Assembly: GCA_024137785.1 (NCBI GenBank)
Contig: JAHRHZ010000067.1
Coordinates: forward strand, 5,729,016 to 5,793,015
DNA: 64,000 bases
DNA from: Ginglymostoma cirratum
Lineage: Eukaryota
Direction: 5' to 3'
Made by a program: the position numbers and the translations under genes. Positions 34,601-45,663 of this stretch are shown here, in pieces. The notes beneath the pieces were generated by a model. That model searched no databases and was not told where the DNA came from. It was given only the letters and a program-made list of their open reading frames with translations. Positions within the stretch are counted from its first letter, which is position 1. The number at the start of each line of letters is the position of its first letter.

Positions 34601-37600
34601 GTGCTTCATTAATATTGAGACCTCTCTCTATGTGACTAATTTCCATCATTTCTAATAATTTGCTGTTACTTATTATGTGAATCAATTTTTTTTTTTTTTA
34701 ACAGAGTCTTCATTAGATGTTTTCCAGTATGTGGACGAGAAACTGGACACATTGGGATGTGAAATTAATAGGTATTCTACTCTCGGCATCCATATGCCCT
34801 GGCCGCATGAGGGTAAGGAGGCTATTGAAGACATATGGTTCACAGTGACTTTAAAGCATTTAAGTAGCAGGTTCACTGTAACCAGCTTCATGAGGAAGAT
34901 AGAAGAGCCCGATAGCCAGAAAGTTGAGAAAAGTGAAGCAAAAACTGATGGTGAAGATTTATCCATTGGTGACACTGACACTCTGTTTGTTCAAGGTAAT
35001 GTTTTGATGTTGACCAGCTGAGTGCATGTTCAGAGTGAGTGCTGCAAGAATGTGTGTGAGATGTGCGCAATATTTGTTTTGCATAAGCATATTAAACTCT
35101 ATCAACTCCAACGATAATACAAGAGATGAAACATCCAAAGAAATATAAACAACTTACGACTGCATATTTAAGATGCTGAAATTCAGAGAACATGCAATTT
35201 CAAATAGTTTTGGCTGAGTTATTAGTAGTGATCTAACTGTCAGAAAAATGGACGGTCATGACTGTTTGTTTTTATTTGTTAGTGACCTATATTGTACACA
35301 CCAGGACCCCATTGATCAGAACTAAACTGAAGCAAGACCTCGTTCTGGACTGCGGCTACAAAATTGATCACAGTACAGACTTTAACGTTGACTGGCGGTA
35401 TCAGCACAAAGGGAGCAAGAAGAAATTGTTCTCCTACAATGGGCGACATCAGCGGATTGAATTCATTGAGAAAGGAGTTGAAGTATTCATGGACCAGATC
35501 AAGAAGGGAAATGCTTCACTCCGTTTAAGAAACATTGGTGTTCAAGATGAGGGATCCTACATGTGTTCTGTATATGTGCCTCCACTCTTTGGAACACACA
35601 CCATTGAGGTCGAGATTATGGGTAAGATGTTGAATCCAGTGAATTAATCAACATGGAAAGTTAACAGATTAGTGGAAATGTATTCATTCATTTGGTAACA
35701 AAACAGCGCAGAAGTCAGTAGAAGGTTGAAAGGATCATTTTCACCTTACTGCCTCCTAAGTATAGCTGAGGTTGTTGCTCCAGTAGTAGTGCCTGGATTA
35801 ATTATTCCAACCTACAGCAAGGTGCGTTTTAACATCATGCAGAAATGTAGAGTGCAAGTTGTTCAGATTTGTACCAGCGCACCAAAAAAAAAACCTTCAC
35901 CCTGGTTATCTTCTAATCAACCTGCTCAAGGGTGTTGTGACCTCCAGAGCAGATGGGAATTGAACCTAGATAACAAGGTGTGGGGCTGGATGAACACAGC
36001 AGGCCAAGCAGCATCATAGGAGCAGGAAAGCTTGACGTTTCGGGCCTAGACCCTTATCTAGTTGAGAGGTAGCATCACGAGAGCCTTGCCGTGACTATTA
36101 GCGATCAGAGTGATTGCAATCCAGCTCAGCTATGCATCAGGTTGTTTCTATTTACTGAAGAGGGACTCAGTGGCTTGCTCCTGGTCTTATGTTCTCCTCA
36201 TTAGAAGAGGAGTCATACCAGACACACAGTGGCAACTCTGCTCCTCTCTTCACAGATGCTGAGTTTCTCCAGCATTCTCTGTGTTTGGATATGGGCCTGG
36301 ATTGTGATTCTGTGGTAGAGACAAGTGAGACAAATATAGCAATGTAAACTTAAGGAAGCAGCATGGGATTGCCATTGTCCCTGTTCCGTAAACTGAGCAA
36401 ATGCCAAACCTTCACAGATGGATGTTGTAGTCTGCGCCCTGCTGCTATCATCATAATTTTGCCTCGAATGCAAACTGTTTCAGCAGCTTTTTGTTACAGT
36501 GTGTTAACTGTGTAATGTGATTGTACAGAAAATATTACTATCAAAAGCTGTTGAAACTACTGATTTTTAAAAGAAATTTTCTTGGTTACTTGTCATGTTC
36601 TCAATGAAAAGCTCTCTTATTCTAATCTGGTTCCAATTAAATGGATTGAAAGCTGAAAATCCCAAGTGTCAAAAAGCACCTGTGAATCTTGAATGTGTAT
36701 TCAGTTGATGTGAAGTGTTGCAATACAGCGTGTTTGCTTATGTTATAGAGTCGCCCGTTGTCTCTGTGAACCCTGATTCGGTTTCCCTTATCGAAGGGGA
36801 TGAACAGAAGCTGGTCTGTGATGCAGGGCGGTATTATCCACTTGATGTAGCGGTGAAGTGGCTGCGGCAAAGGGACGAGGGGCACATGCTGCCCGTTTAC
36901 ATGACGAATGTTGTCTTCTCCCCCCACAAGCAGAACATGGATGGCACCTACAACATGACCAGTTATTTCAGGTTCACAGCATCCCTCCAGGACAATGGTG
37001 TTACTTATGTATGTCGAGTTGAGCACGCCAGCTTAGTGAAACCAATCAAACAGTACGTCCAAGTGAATGTAGAAGGTAAGCAATGAACAGAGTCCTATGG
37101 TACTTATAATTGTTTGTGGTAAAACGTTCAATATGCAATAAAATTTGACGCCAGAGCTGCTCATGAATTTTATTTAACCTCTCATATTTATATTGAAGCT
37201 GCACTGGTGTAGTGAAAACCTCCTATGAGTTCACCTATCATGGGTTTTGAAACCAATCTGGTCCATTCATTTAAACTGATTAGCCTTCCCAAAGGTCCAA
37301 TCTTTGTGTCAGTTTTCTAGCAGTCATACACACCTGTTTTCTCAAAATCTGCTTCAGTCAGGAGAAAGGAGCTAAGTGAAACGAGGAATTCTGTACACAT
37401 TGACACATTTCTCTCCAGTGGAATATAGATGGCCATGGTAGTTACCCTCCATAATTTCCAAGCTCTTACCAAGCTTTTACAATACTTTGTTTCTTATGCA
37501 GATATTGTGGAGAAAGTTAAACTGATTGTAAGAAAAGTTCTTGCAATTACTTTGTTACTTTTTGTTGTACATTCAGTATATCATCACCCCATAGTTTATG

Positions 37601-40600
37601 CCCCATTTGAATGAGCAACAATTCCTTTAGCCTGCTTAGGTTTGGCATTATAGGCTCCATATTCTAAAATGGCTATTGTTAGTGTCACCATCCTCTGACA
37701 GGGAAGGATAGGTTAGTCTTTGACCTTTTTGCTCACAACGGATCACTCTGGCTTTGCCAAGCAAGCTGGGCTCCTAAGAACAATTCACAGATGGCAAGAA
37801 CTGCAGATGCTGGAGTCAGAGACAACACTGTGGAACACAGCAGGCCAGGCAGCATCAGAAGAGCAGGAACGTTAATGTTATAGATCATGTTTTGTTTTCT
37901 TTTAATGTGGCTTTCTTTCATTGAAACACAATGCTACAGATTTGGTACTAACAATAAAACAGAAGTTTATTGCACAGAAGGCATAAAGTTAAAATAAGAC
38001 AAACAAAGCTATCTAAATTTAACACGGTTTGAAAAAAAATTAAAACACACAGTGAAGCATAATCCCAGCCACTAGCCAAGGCCATCACTTGACAAGCTCC
38101 AGAGAAATTCCTTCCTTATCAAATCTGTAGGTTTGACTTAACTGCGTCTTCTCAGTTCTGGTCCCATGAGCTGTGAAGCTTTTTCAGTTGAAGAAGCAAA
38201 CCGTCAAGAGCTTAGATTTCCTCAGTATTTAAATAATCTGCAGTGTTATAACCAAACACTGCTGGTCTGTTAGTTTCACAGACTACGCTTTTCACTGAGG
38301 CAACTTATTTCCTTAACTGCTCTGAACAGTCTCCCACTGAAGATGAAGATATACCTGTTTCTCACCCCAGTCAGGTTCTCCAATGATCTCCCCACAAGCT
38401 TTTGAACTAAATTTAAAAACTTACTCATCCTAGCTTCTGCTAAGCTAATGACTTAATGTTTTCTCTCTCTGGTCACAATCCCCCACAATACAAACACGCT
38501 TGCATTAACACTCGAGAAGGCAAATACTGGTTTAAAATTGTGGTTCTGGAAAGACTGACCTAGTTAATTTCTAAAACCCTTCACAAAAATAGACAAACAC
38601 GTGGCAGAGATAGTAAGAACTGCAGACGCTGGAGTCAGAGAAAACACTGCGTAGAGCTGGAGGAACACAGCAGGCCAGGCAGCATCAAAGGAGCAGGAAA
38701 GCTGATGTTTCAGGTCAGGACCCTTCTTCAGACCCATTTCTGAAGAAGCGTCCCAATCCAAAACATCAGCTTTCCTGCTCCTTTGATGCTGCCTGGCCTG
38801 CTGTGTTCCTCCACCTCCACACTGTAAACACATGTGGTACTAGTTCAAGATCCAAACTCTCAAAAAAAGGTTAGTGTAGTTAAATTACACACTTTTCATC
38901 ACAACACTGTTACCACTGTGCATTGAATGTTGCTGGTGGCTAATGGCTTGCCAGTTAAGCAGACTGCTTTGTCCTGAATGGTGTTAGGTTTTGTTCGCGT
39001 TGTAGCTCCAAGTGGAGTGTGTTCCATCATATTCCTGACTATTACCTCATAGATTGACAAACTTTGAGGAGTAAGGATGTCAGTCAGTCTAAGCAGAATT
39101 CCATTTCTAGTCAATGGAAATACCCAGAATGTTAATAATAAGAGATAAATGCCATTGAATGTTGGGTAGCAGGCTAGATTTTATTTTCTTAGAGATGTTC
39201 ATTGTCTGGCAGTTGTGTGGCACAAATGTATTTTGCTACTTATCAGATAAGCCTGATTGTTGTCCGGGCCTTGCCACATATGGGCAAGAATTAATTATCT
39301 GAGGAGTTGTAAATTGTGCAGAGCATCATGTGATCATAAGTAATCTTGAAATTACATGCTTACTATTTGTTGTACATTCAGTATATCATTATTCCGTAGT
39401 TCATTCCCTATCTGCATCAACAATGACTCCTTTAGCCTACTTAATTTTGGCACTATGGGCTCTACATTCTAACATGGCTATTGCCAATGTCACCACGAGA
39501 CCGTTTGACTGGGAAGGATAGGTCAGTCAAACCATCAATATTACCACTCTGGCCTTATGATGGAGAGAAGATTATTGATGAAGCAGATGAAGATGATTGG
39601 GTCAAGAATACTATCGTGAGGAACTCCAACAATAATGTCCCTGGGCTAAGATTATTGACCTCTAATGACGACAACTACCTTCCTTTGTACTAGACATGAC
39701 TCTAACCAGCAGAGAGTTTTGCTCTGATTCCCACTAACTTCAGTTTTGCTGAGGCTCCTGGATTCCATTCTCAATGTATTACTGCCTTGATGCCAATGGC
39801 AGTCACAGTCATTTTCACTCATGGGTTCAGCTTTTTGGTACTTGTTTGAACCAAGGCTGTCATGAGGTCAAGATCTATACTGAGGACATTGCAAATGGAG
39901 CAGTGGAATTTCTCGCCATATGTATTAACTTGATTTTTAAACAATTGTTGGAAATTTCAACTAGAAAGATATATAACAAAACTTAAAACCATCAAAAGTT
40001 GGGATGAAATCTGGGGACTGGACATGATGTTGAATAAATAAAGGCTGCACAGTGTGTATAATGATAGCAAGGTCAGAGGGGTTGTACAGGGTGGGGATGA
40101 TGTGTTGATTATTTTAGGATTTTTTTTCTTTGGCTTCTTGCTTTGCGTCAACATGAATTACCTTGGAAGTGGACATCCACTTGTCAGTGATTGAACAGTT
40201 TTGAAATTGAGTAATTAAATTAAGTTCTACCAATAAACGTATTGAGTGAAAAATGAAAGATCTGTTTTCTGGTATTGGTTTGAAGGATAAATGTTGGCTA
40301 AGATACCCTGCTCTTCAAATTCATGACCTGGAGTAGCAATCTCAAAATACTGACACTGATTAAATGTTTCTTTAATTCCACAGCGCAATCTCAGACACTT
40401 CAATTTATCTTACTGTCAATTGTGATCGTCTTTATCTGTGCTGTTGTGATCATGCTGCTGGTTTACTTGAAAAAAGGTTAGTATTCTGCTATTACAGATG
40501 CTGTGCTGTTAGTCAGCATTCTCTGATTCAGACCGTCAACTTTCACTATAATCACCTTCTGTCTCGACTAATTTTCATTTGGTAGTGCAGAACTGAGCTT

Positions 40601-43600
40601 TGCTGAAAAAAGACACGTTTTGACAATGCTTTTCATCTTATACCCATCAGGACATTTCAAAAGAATATTAAGAAAGGAGAAAACCAGCATTTATATAGCA
40701 TGAGAGGAATGTGTTGATTGGTTGGCAATTGGATTCTGATTGGTAAAGGTGTTGCCATGAAGTATGCACCTATGTATGTAACACTGATTGACAGTTAACA
40801 GCCAGGCTTTGTTTACATTTTTTAAACTTGGCAGGTAGGCTCTGATTAGCCAGGGCGTTGCCCTCCGAATTGAACCAGCAAATGGCTGTTGTAACAGGTG
40901 TAGCCCATGTACATGTTATTTCTATCTGCAAAGATAAGGGCTTTGTGCATTAATGCAACTTCCAGTAGGTGACAACACCACTATCCATAAGAGGACACTT
41001 AATCAACTTCTCCTCTCATGCAATATAAGAACATAAGAACTAGGAGCAGGAGTAGGCCATCTGGCCCCTCGAGCCTGCCCCACCATTTAATAAGATCATG
41101 GCTGATCTTTGAGACTCAGCTCCACTTACCTGCCCACTCACCATAACCCTTAATTCCTTTACCTTTCAAAAATTTATCTAGCCTTGCCTTAAAAACATTC
41201 AGCGAGGTAGCTTCAACCACTTCACTGGGCAGGGAATTCCACAGATTCACAACCCTTTGGGTGAAGAAGTTCCTCCCGACCTCAGTCCTACATCTGCTTC
41301 CCTTTATTTTGAGGCGATGCCTTCTAGTCCTAGTTTCACCTGCTAGCGGGAACAACCTCCCTGCCTCCACCTTATCTATTCCCTTCATAATCTTACATCT
41401 TTCTATAAGATCTCCTTTCATTCTTCTGAATTCCAATGAGTATAATCCCAGCCTACTCAGTCTCTCCTCGTAATCCAACCCTCTCAACTCTGGAATCAAC
41501 TGAGTGAATCTCCTCTGCACCCCCTCCAGTGCTAGTATATCTCTTCTCAAGTAAGGAGACCAAAACTGCACACAGTACTCCAGGCGTGGCCTCACCAGGA
41601 CCCTATACAGCTGCAGCATAGCCTCCCTGTTTTTAAACTCCATCCCTCGAGCAATGGCAGACAAAATTCCATTTGCCTTTTTAATCACCTGCTGCACCTG
41701 CAATCCCACCTTCAGCGATTCATGCATAAGGACACCCAAGTCCCTTTGCACAGCAGCGTGCTGCAATTTTTTATCATATAAAACATAGTCCATTTTGCTG
41801 TTATTCCTACCAAAATGGATGACCTCACACTTATCAACATTGCACTCCATCTGCCAGACCTTTGCCCACTCGCTCAGACTATCTATATCCCTCTGCCGAC
41901 TTTCAGTGTCTTCTGCACACTTTGCTCTACCACTCACCTTAGTGTTATTTGCAAATTTTGACACACCACACTTAGTCCCCAACTCCAAATCATCTGTGTA
42001 AATTGTAAACAATTGCGGTCCCAACACTGATCCCTGAGGGACACCACTAGCCACTGACCGCCAGCCAGAAAAACACCCACTTACTCTTTGCTTGCTACTG
42101 GTCAACCAATCCTCTATCCATGCCAATACCTTACCTGTAATACCATGTAACTTTATCTTATGTAGCAGCCTTTGGTGTGGCACCTTGTCAAATGCCTTCT
42201 GGAAATCCAGATACACAACATATAGATGTTGATTTTTTTTTTTTTGTTCTTCCCTTGAAGTACCCTTAAGTCTTCCCAATCTCTTAAACATTCAATCTGT
42301 TCACAAAATGATGTGGTTGTTGAGTTTTTAACTGCTTTCTGTCCTTTCCTTTGCAGTTGCAGAAAAAAACAAGGTAAGAGCAATATAATTTGAAATTTTA
42401 CTAAAGCCATAAAGTTTTGCAAAGAAATTGTGCAAGAAAAGGATAATTTTAGAAGATCAATTGATATATTCACAATGCAGTTGTTTTTTTTTTTAATTCC
42501 CCTGACTATGAGAAAGAGATTAAACAGTTTGGGCCTAAACCTGTGCGGTTTTTAAAAATGAGAGATGGCCCAAAGAGGCTTTGCTGAGGGGCTGATGCTG
42601 AGAGGATGTTTCTCCTCCTGCCAGAATCTAGAACTAAGAGGCCCAGTTTCAAAATAAGGGCTGCCTGATTTAAGGTGGAGGCGAGGAGACATTTCCTCTC
42701 TCTGAGGCTCATTCACATTTGGAAGTCACTACCCTATAAGGAATGGTCAGTGAAGGTACTTAAGGCTGGGTTAAGTGACGGAGGTTGCAAATGGCAAGGA
42801 GCTATCAAAGGAGCCTTGGTGAGTTGCTGCAGTGAGTCTTTAGGTAGTATTCACATTTGCCACTGACCGTCAATGGTGGAGGAAGTAAATGTTGAAGATG
42901 GGGAGCCAACCAAGCGGGCTCTTTGTCTTGGATGATGCCAAGCTTCTTGAGGGTTGATGGAACTGCAGCCGCCTTGGCCAGTGGAAAATGTTCCATTACT
43001 GACTCATACCTTGCAGACAGTGGGCAGGCTTCAGTGAATCAGGAATTGAGTTATTGTCACAAACGTCCCAGCCTCTGACCTGCTGTTATAGCTGCAGTAT
43101 TTATATGATTAGTCCGGTTCAGTTTGTGGATAGTGGAGGATTCTGTGTTTGTGATACCCTGTAACGTCAAGGGGAGATGGTTACATTCTCTCTTGTTGGA
43201 GATGGTCATTGCCAGGCATTTGGGTGGCATGAAAATTATTTGCCACTTATCAGCCCAAGCCTGAGTGTTGTCCATGTGTTGCTGCATTTGTACATGGACT
43301 GCCTCCGTAGCCAAGGAGTCTTGAATAGCACTGAACATTGTTAATAATTGTACCTCTGAGGTTCACTTGGCAAACGTCCCCTCATCCCTAATCCCTGCTC
43401 CCCCTGTGGCCCCAGAATGTGGCATTTTTCCCCCTTAAGTCCTCAGCTGCTTTTCGCACCTGCCAGGAAGGCAGGCAGTCAGGCCAGTGGTGAATGAGGC
43501 CCTGAGCTGACTGGTCATGAACCACAAGGGTCTTATTCAGTGCTAAGCTGAGTAAGTGCCTACTGTAATTGCTAAAAAGGGGGCAGATATCTCTGCACAC

Positions 43601-43934
43601 ATACCTGTATGTCTTACCACCTGCATAGAGTGAATAGTCACACCTTTTGAATTTGGAATGGTCAAATTTTTCCACTGGGTTGAGGTCGGAGTAGATAGCG
43701 GAGATGTTGGGCTGGAGATTGATGATGCAACTAATGGTCTGTGGAGTTGGAAGTTTGGATTAAAAATTTAAACCTATTAATCAAAGTCAATGTGATTCAA
43801 TGAAGGGCTTTTTTTAAATTCCCTTATCTTTCAACTATTCTGAATAGCCCTTAAACTTAACATGTTGCTATAATATGGGAGTGTATTTTCTAATGTTCTT
43901 CCTTTTATCTCTTCAACAGAAAAAGCCGTATTGA
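28560..43934 (+). CDS. TAPBPL: Tapasin-related / tapasin-like type I membrane protein, join(28560..28605,32824..33003,34705..34995,35283..35621,36749..37075,40384..40476,42357..42373,43920..43934), 435 aa
   Basis: Signal peptide; N-domain LDCAFVE / CEINRY / WFTVT; IgV domain DC..DWRYQHKG..GNASL.L..V.DEGSYMCSV; IgC1 domain LVC...YYPLDV..W..HKQNMDGTY..YVCRVEHASL; TM segment; KKPY stop. All introns GT-AG, total 1308 nt. Family assignment is secure; the exact paralog is not. Confidence 0.88.
29078..30560 (-). mobile_element. Penelope-like retroelement, 5'-truncated with inverted body (RT + GIY-YIG, disrupted)
   Basis: Minus frame encodes MGTGMGPSYA, YIDD, FLDL and VVYCIRCF*CGLLYIGE (GIY-YIG); plus-strand 3' tail at ~30411-30560; TSD GCTGAAGGAG(C/T)AAG. 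Confidence 0.9.
30482..30509 (+). ncRNA. Minimal hammerhead ribozyme core in PLE terminus
   Basis: CUGAAGA-A-GGGU-ccua-ACCC-GAAA-C-GUC; helix I pairing is weak. Confidence 0.6.
31602..31766 (-). mobile_element. PLE terminal fragment with hammerhead core (31669-31696, minus)
   Basis: Reverse complement reads CUGAAGA-A-GGGUC-ua-GACCC-GAAA-C-GUC; TSD GGAGAACAGTGTAC. Confidence 0.75.
31791..31975. mobile_element. Palindromic PLE-derived element
   Basis: Same family as the 20194 and 25680 copies; degenerate 14-bp TSD. Confidence 0.7.
32824..33003 (+). CDS. TAPBPL: Tapasin-like exon 2 (N-domain)
   Basis: LDCAFVEQ resembles tapasin IECWFVED; donor G|GTAAAG. Confidence 0.88.
34705..34995 (+). CDS. 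TAPBPL: Tapasin-like exon 3 (N-domain)
   Basis: Poly-T plus ACAG acceptor; CEINRY and WFTVTL motifs; donor G|GTAATG. Confidence 0.9.
35283..35621 (+). CDS. TAPBPL: Tapasin-like exon 4 (IgV)
   Basis: VHTRTP, LDC, WRYQHKG, GNASL and DEGSYMC motifs; donor G|GTAAGA. Confidence 0.93.
36749..37075 (+). CDS. TAPBPL: Tapasin-like exon 5 (IgC1)
   Basis: LVC..YYPLDV..W and YVCRVEHASL motifs; donor G|GTAAGC. Confidence 0.93.
38607..38824. mobile_element. Palindromic PLE-derived element
   Basis: Inverted arms GGAGGAACACAGCAGGCCAGGCAGCATCAAAGGAGCAGGAAAGCTGATGTTT and its reverse complement. Confidence 0.75.
40384..40476 (+). CDS. TAPBPL: Tapasin-like exon 6 (transmembrane)
   Basis: ccacAG acceptor; encodes FILLSIVIVFICAVVIMLLVYLKK; donor G|GTTAGT. 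Confidence 0.88.
41029..42222 (-). mobile_element. CR1 LINE 3' fragment, antisense in tapasin-like intron 6
   Basis: Long open RT frame DFQKAFDKV..GVPQGSVLGP..FANN..LVRPRLEYC; (TTCTTATG) tail. Confidence 0.95.
42357..42373 (+). CDS. TAPBPL: Tapasin-like exon 7 (17-nt micro-exon, VAEKNK)
   Basis: Strong pyrimidine tract plus TTGCAG acceptor; donor AAG|GTAAGA. Confidence 0.75.
43920..43934 (+). CDS. TAPBPL: Tapasin-like exon 8 (KKPY-stop)
   Basis: Long pyrimidine tract plus AACAG acceptor; yields a terminal KKxx motif. Confidence 0.75.
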   Translation, partial: KKPY

Positions 43935-45312
43935 GACTGTAAAAGAGGATTCAGCGTAAGTCCTGATAAGGAAAGAAAGTAAAAACTTCTATTTATTATG
44001 GACCTTTAGCATGTCCTTGGAGCATTTGCAAAAGCTTCACCAGCAATGAATTACTTTGAAGGACTGAGAGTACAAGCACATGCTGCAGGGAACACGTGCA
44101 TAGCACCATCCCACAGAGAGCAAGCAATTGGCTGATTCATCAGTTTTGATGTTGTTCTCAGAGGGAGGAATGTGGATCAAGGCACAGAATTAACTCTCTG
44201 CACTTGTTCAGGTAGATGCTTTACACCCACTTGAACGAGTGGAAGTGGAGGACAGAGCCGCCCTTTAATGCCTGATCTGAAAGATGGCCATCATAAATGA
44301 CCCATTACTTCCTCAGCACCCTGTTGATGTGTAATTGTCAGGTCCCAGATTGAAACTTAACCTACAAGGTTCTGACTCAGACCAGAAGTGCTCTGAACTG
44401 AGCCAAACTCATCGAGACGTGAATTTCACCTTTACCTATCTCCAAACTATCAGTCATTGATTAGTGACAGAACCCGCAGCGTACCTATGACAACGTAAGC
44501 TCTACCATAATGCTCACCTACCCCTGACCCAGGCAGCTGTAAATTCTGTTAAACTGAACAGGTTTGTGTTTAAAGTTGAAACTAAGTTTAGATCAGTTGT
44601 TTGTAGAACAGTCCATTCCAAATTGTTCTCTTCATCTTCCGTTCTGTTTGTTCTAAATTATGGAGAACGAGTAGGACATTCACTCGTGCTAAGGTGAATT
44701 TAGTTGCCAGCTCAATGCCAGACCTCTCGTTCTCCTGATGAGAAATATGAAAGCAAGCCAGCAGTGTAACTCCGGTCTACTGGCCAGAAAATTGGTGATT
44801 GGTTTTGTAACAATCCCATTTGGACACAAACTTTACAGAAACATGAAAAACAGATGCAGGAGTAGACCATTCGGCCCTTCGAGCCTACACCACCATCAGT
44901 ATGATGATGGCTGATCATGCAATTTCAGTATCCCATACCCCTTGATCCCTTGAGCCACAAGGGCCACGTCTGGCTCCCTCTTGATTATATCTAACAAACT
45001 AGCCACAACAGCTTTCTGTGGTCGAGAATTCCACAGAACTCTCAAAGTGAAGAAATTCTTCCTCATCTCAGTCCTGAAAGGCTTACCCCTTATTCTTAGA
45101 CCATGCCCCCTAGTTCTGGATTTGCCCAACATCAAGGAAATTCTTCCCGTATCTAGCCTGTCCAGTCCCAACAGGACCTTTTATATGTTTCTATGAGGTC
45201 TCTCCTCATTCTTTTAAATTCCGGTGAGTAAAAGCCAATTCGATCCAGTCTTTCTTTTTATGTCAGTCCTGCCATCCCGGGAATCAGTCTGGCGAACCTC
45301 CGCCAGACTCTC

Positions 45313-45412
45313 TCATTTTCTGAAGAAGGGTCTAGGCCCGAAACGTCAGCTTGCCTGCTCCTCTGATGCTGCTTGGCCTGCTGTGTTCATCCAGCTCTGC
45401 ATCTTGTTATCC
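45313..45412 (+). mobile_element. PLE terminal fragment with hammerhead core (45320-45347)
   Basis: CUGAAGA-A-GGGUC-ua-GGCCC-GAAA-C-GUC followed by the common PLE tail. Confidence 0.7.
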
Positions 45413-45419
45413 CTCGATG

Positions 45420-45663
45420 TAGGTTGTTCTGCTATAATGCGTCTTTCTTTAACATGAATTGGCTGTAATGCAAATAATGAATATTGGATGCTGTTTGGGT
45501 AATGCAAACTTTCTTCTGTACAGGTATAGTGACTTTCTGTAGTGATCTCCCTATAACGTGATTTTCTGTGGCAATTTTCTATAGTGCGATTTTCTACAGC
45601 GCAATTTTCTACAGTGCGAGGTCAAGCAAGAACACGACTATCACGTTATAGGAGAACTACCTT
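45420..45663. mobile_element. Non-autonomous DNA transposon (Tigger/pogo-like MITE)
   Basis: Imperfect 21-bp TIRs AGGT(T/A)GTTCT(G/C)CTATAA(T/C)G(C/T)G; TA at the right flank; internal ~15-bp repeats. Confidence 0.6.

Noticed and set aside
34682-37026. Minus-strand ORFs over tapasin-like exons 3 and 5
   Set aside because: Shadow frames of real plus-strand exons.
28560-43934. Calling the gene classical tapasin (TAPBP) in the MHC
   Set aside because: No Cys95 equivalent, no TM lysine and no MHC-region neighbours in the window.
45545-45618. CRISPR-like repeat array
   Set aside because: No unique spacers, eukaryotic context, and it lies inside a MITE.
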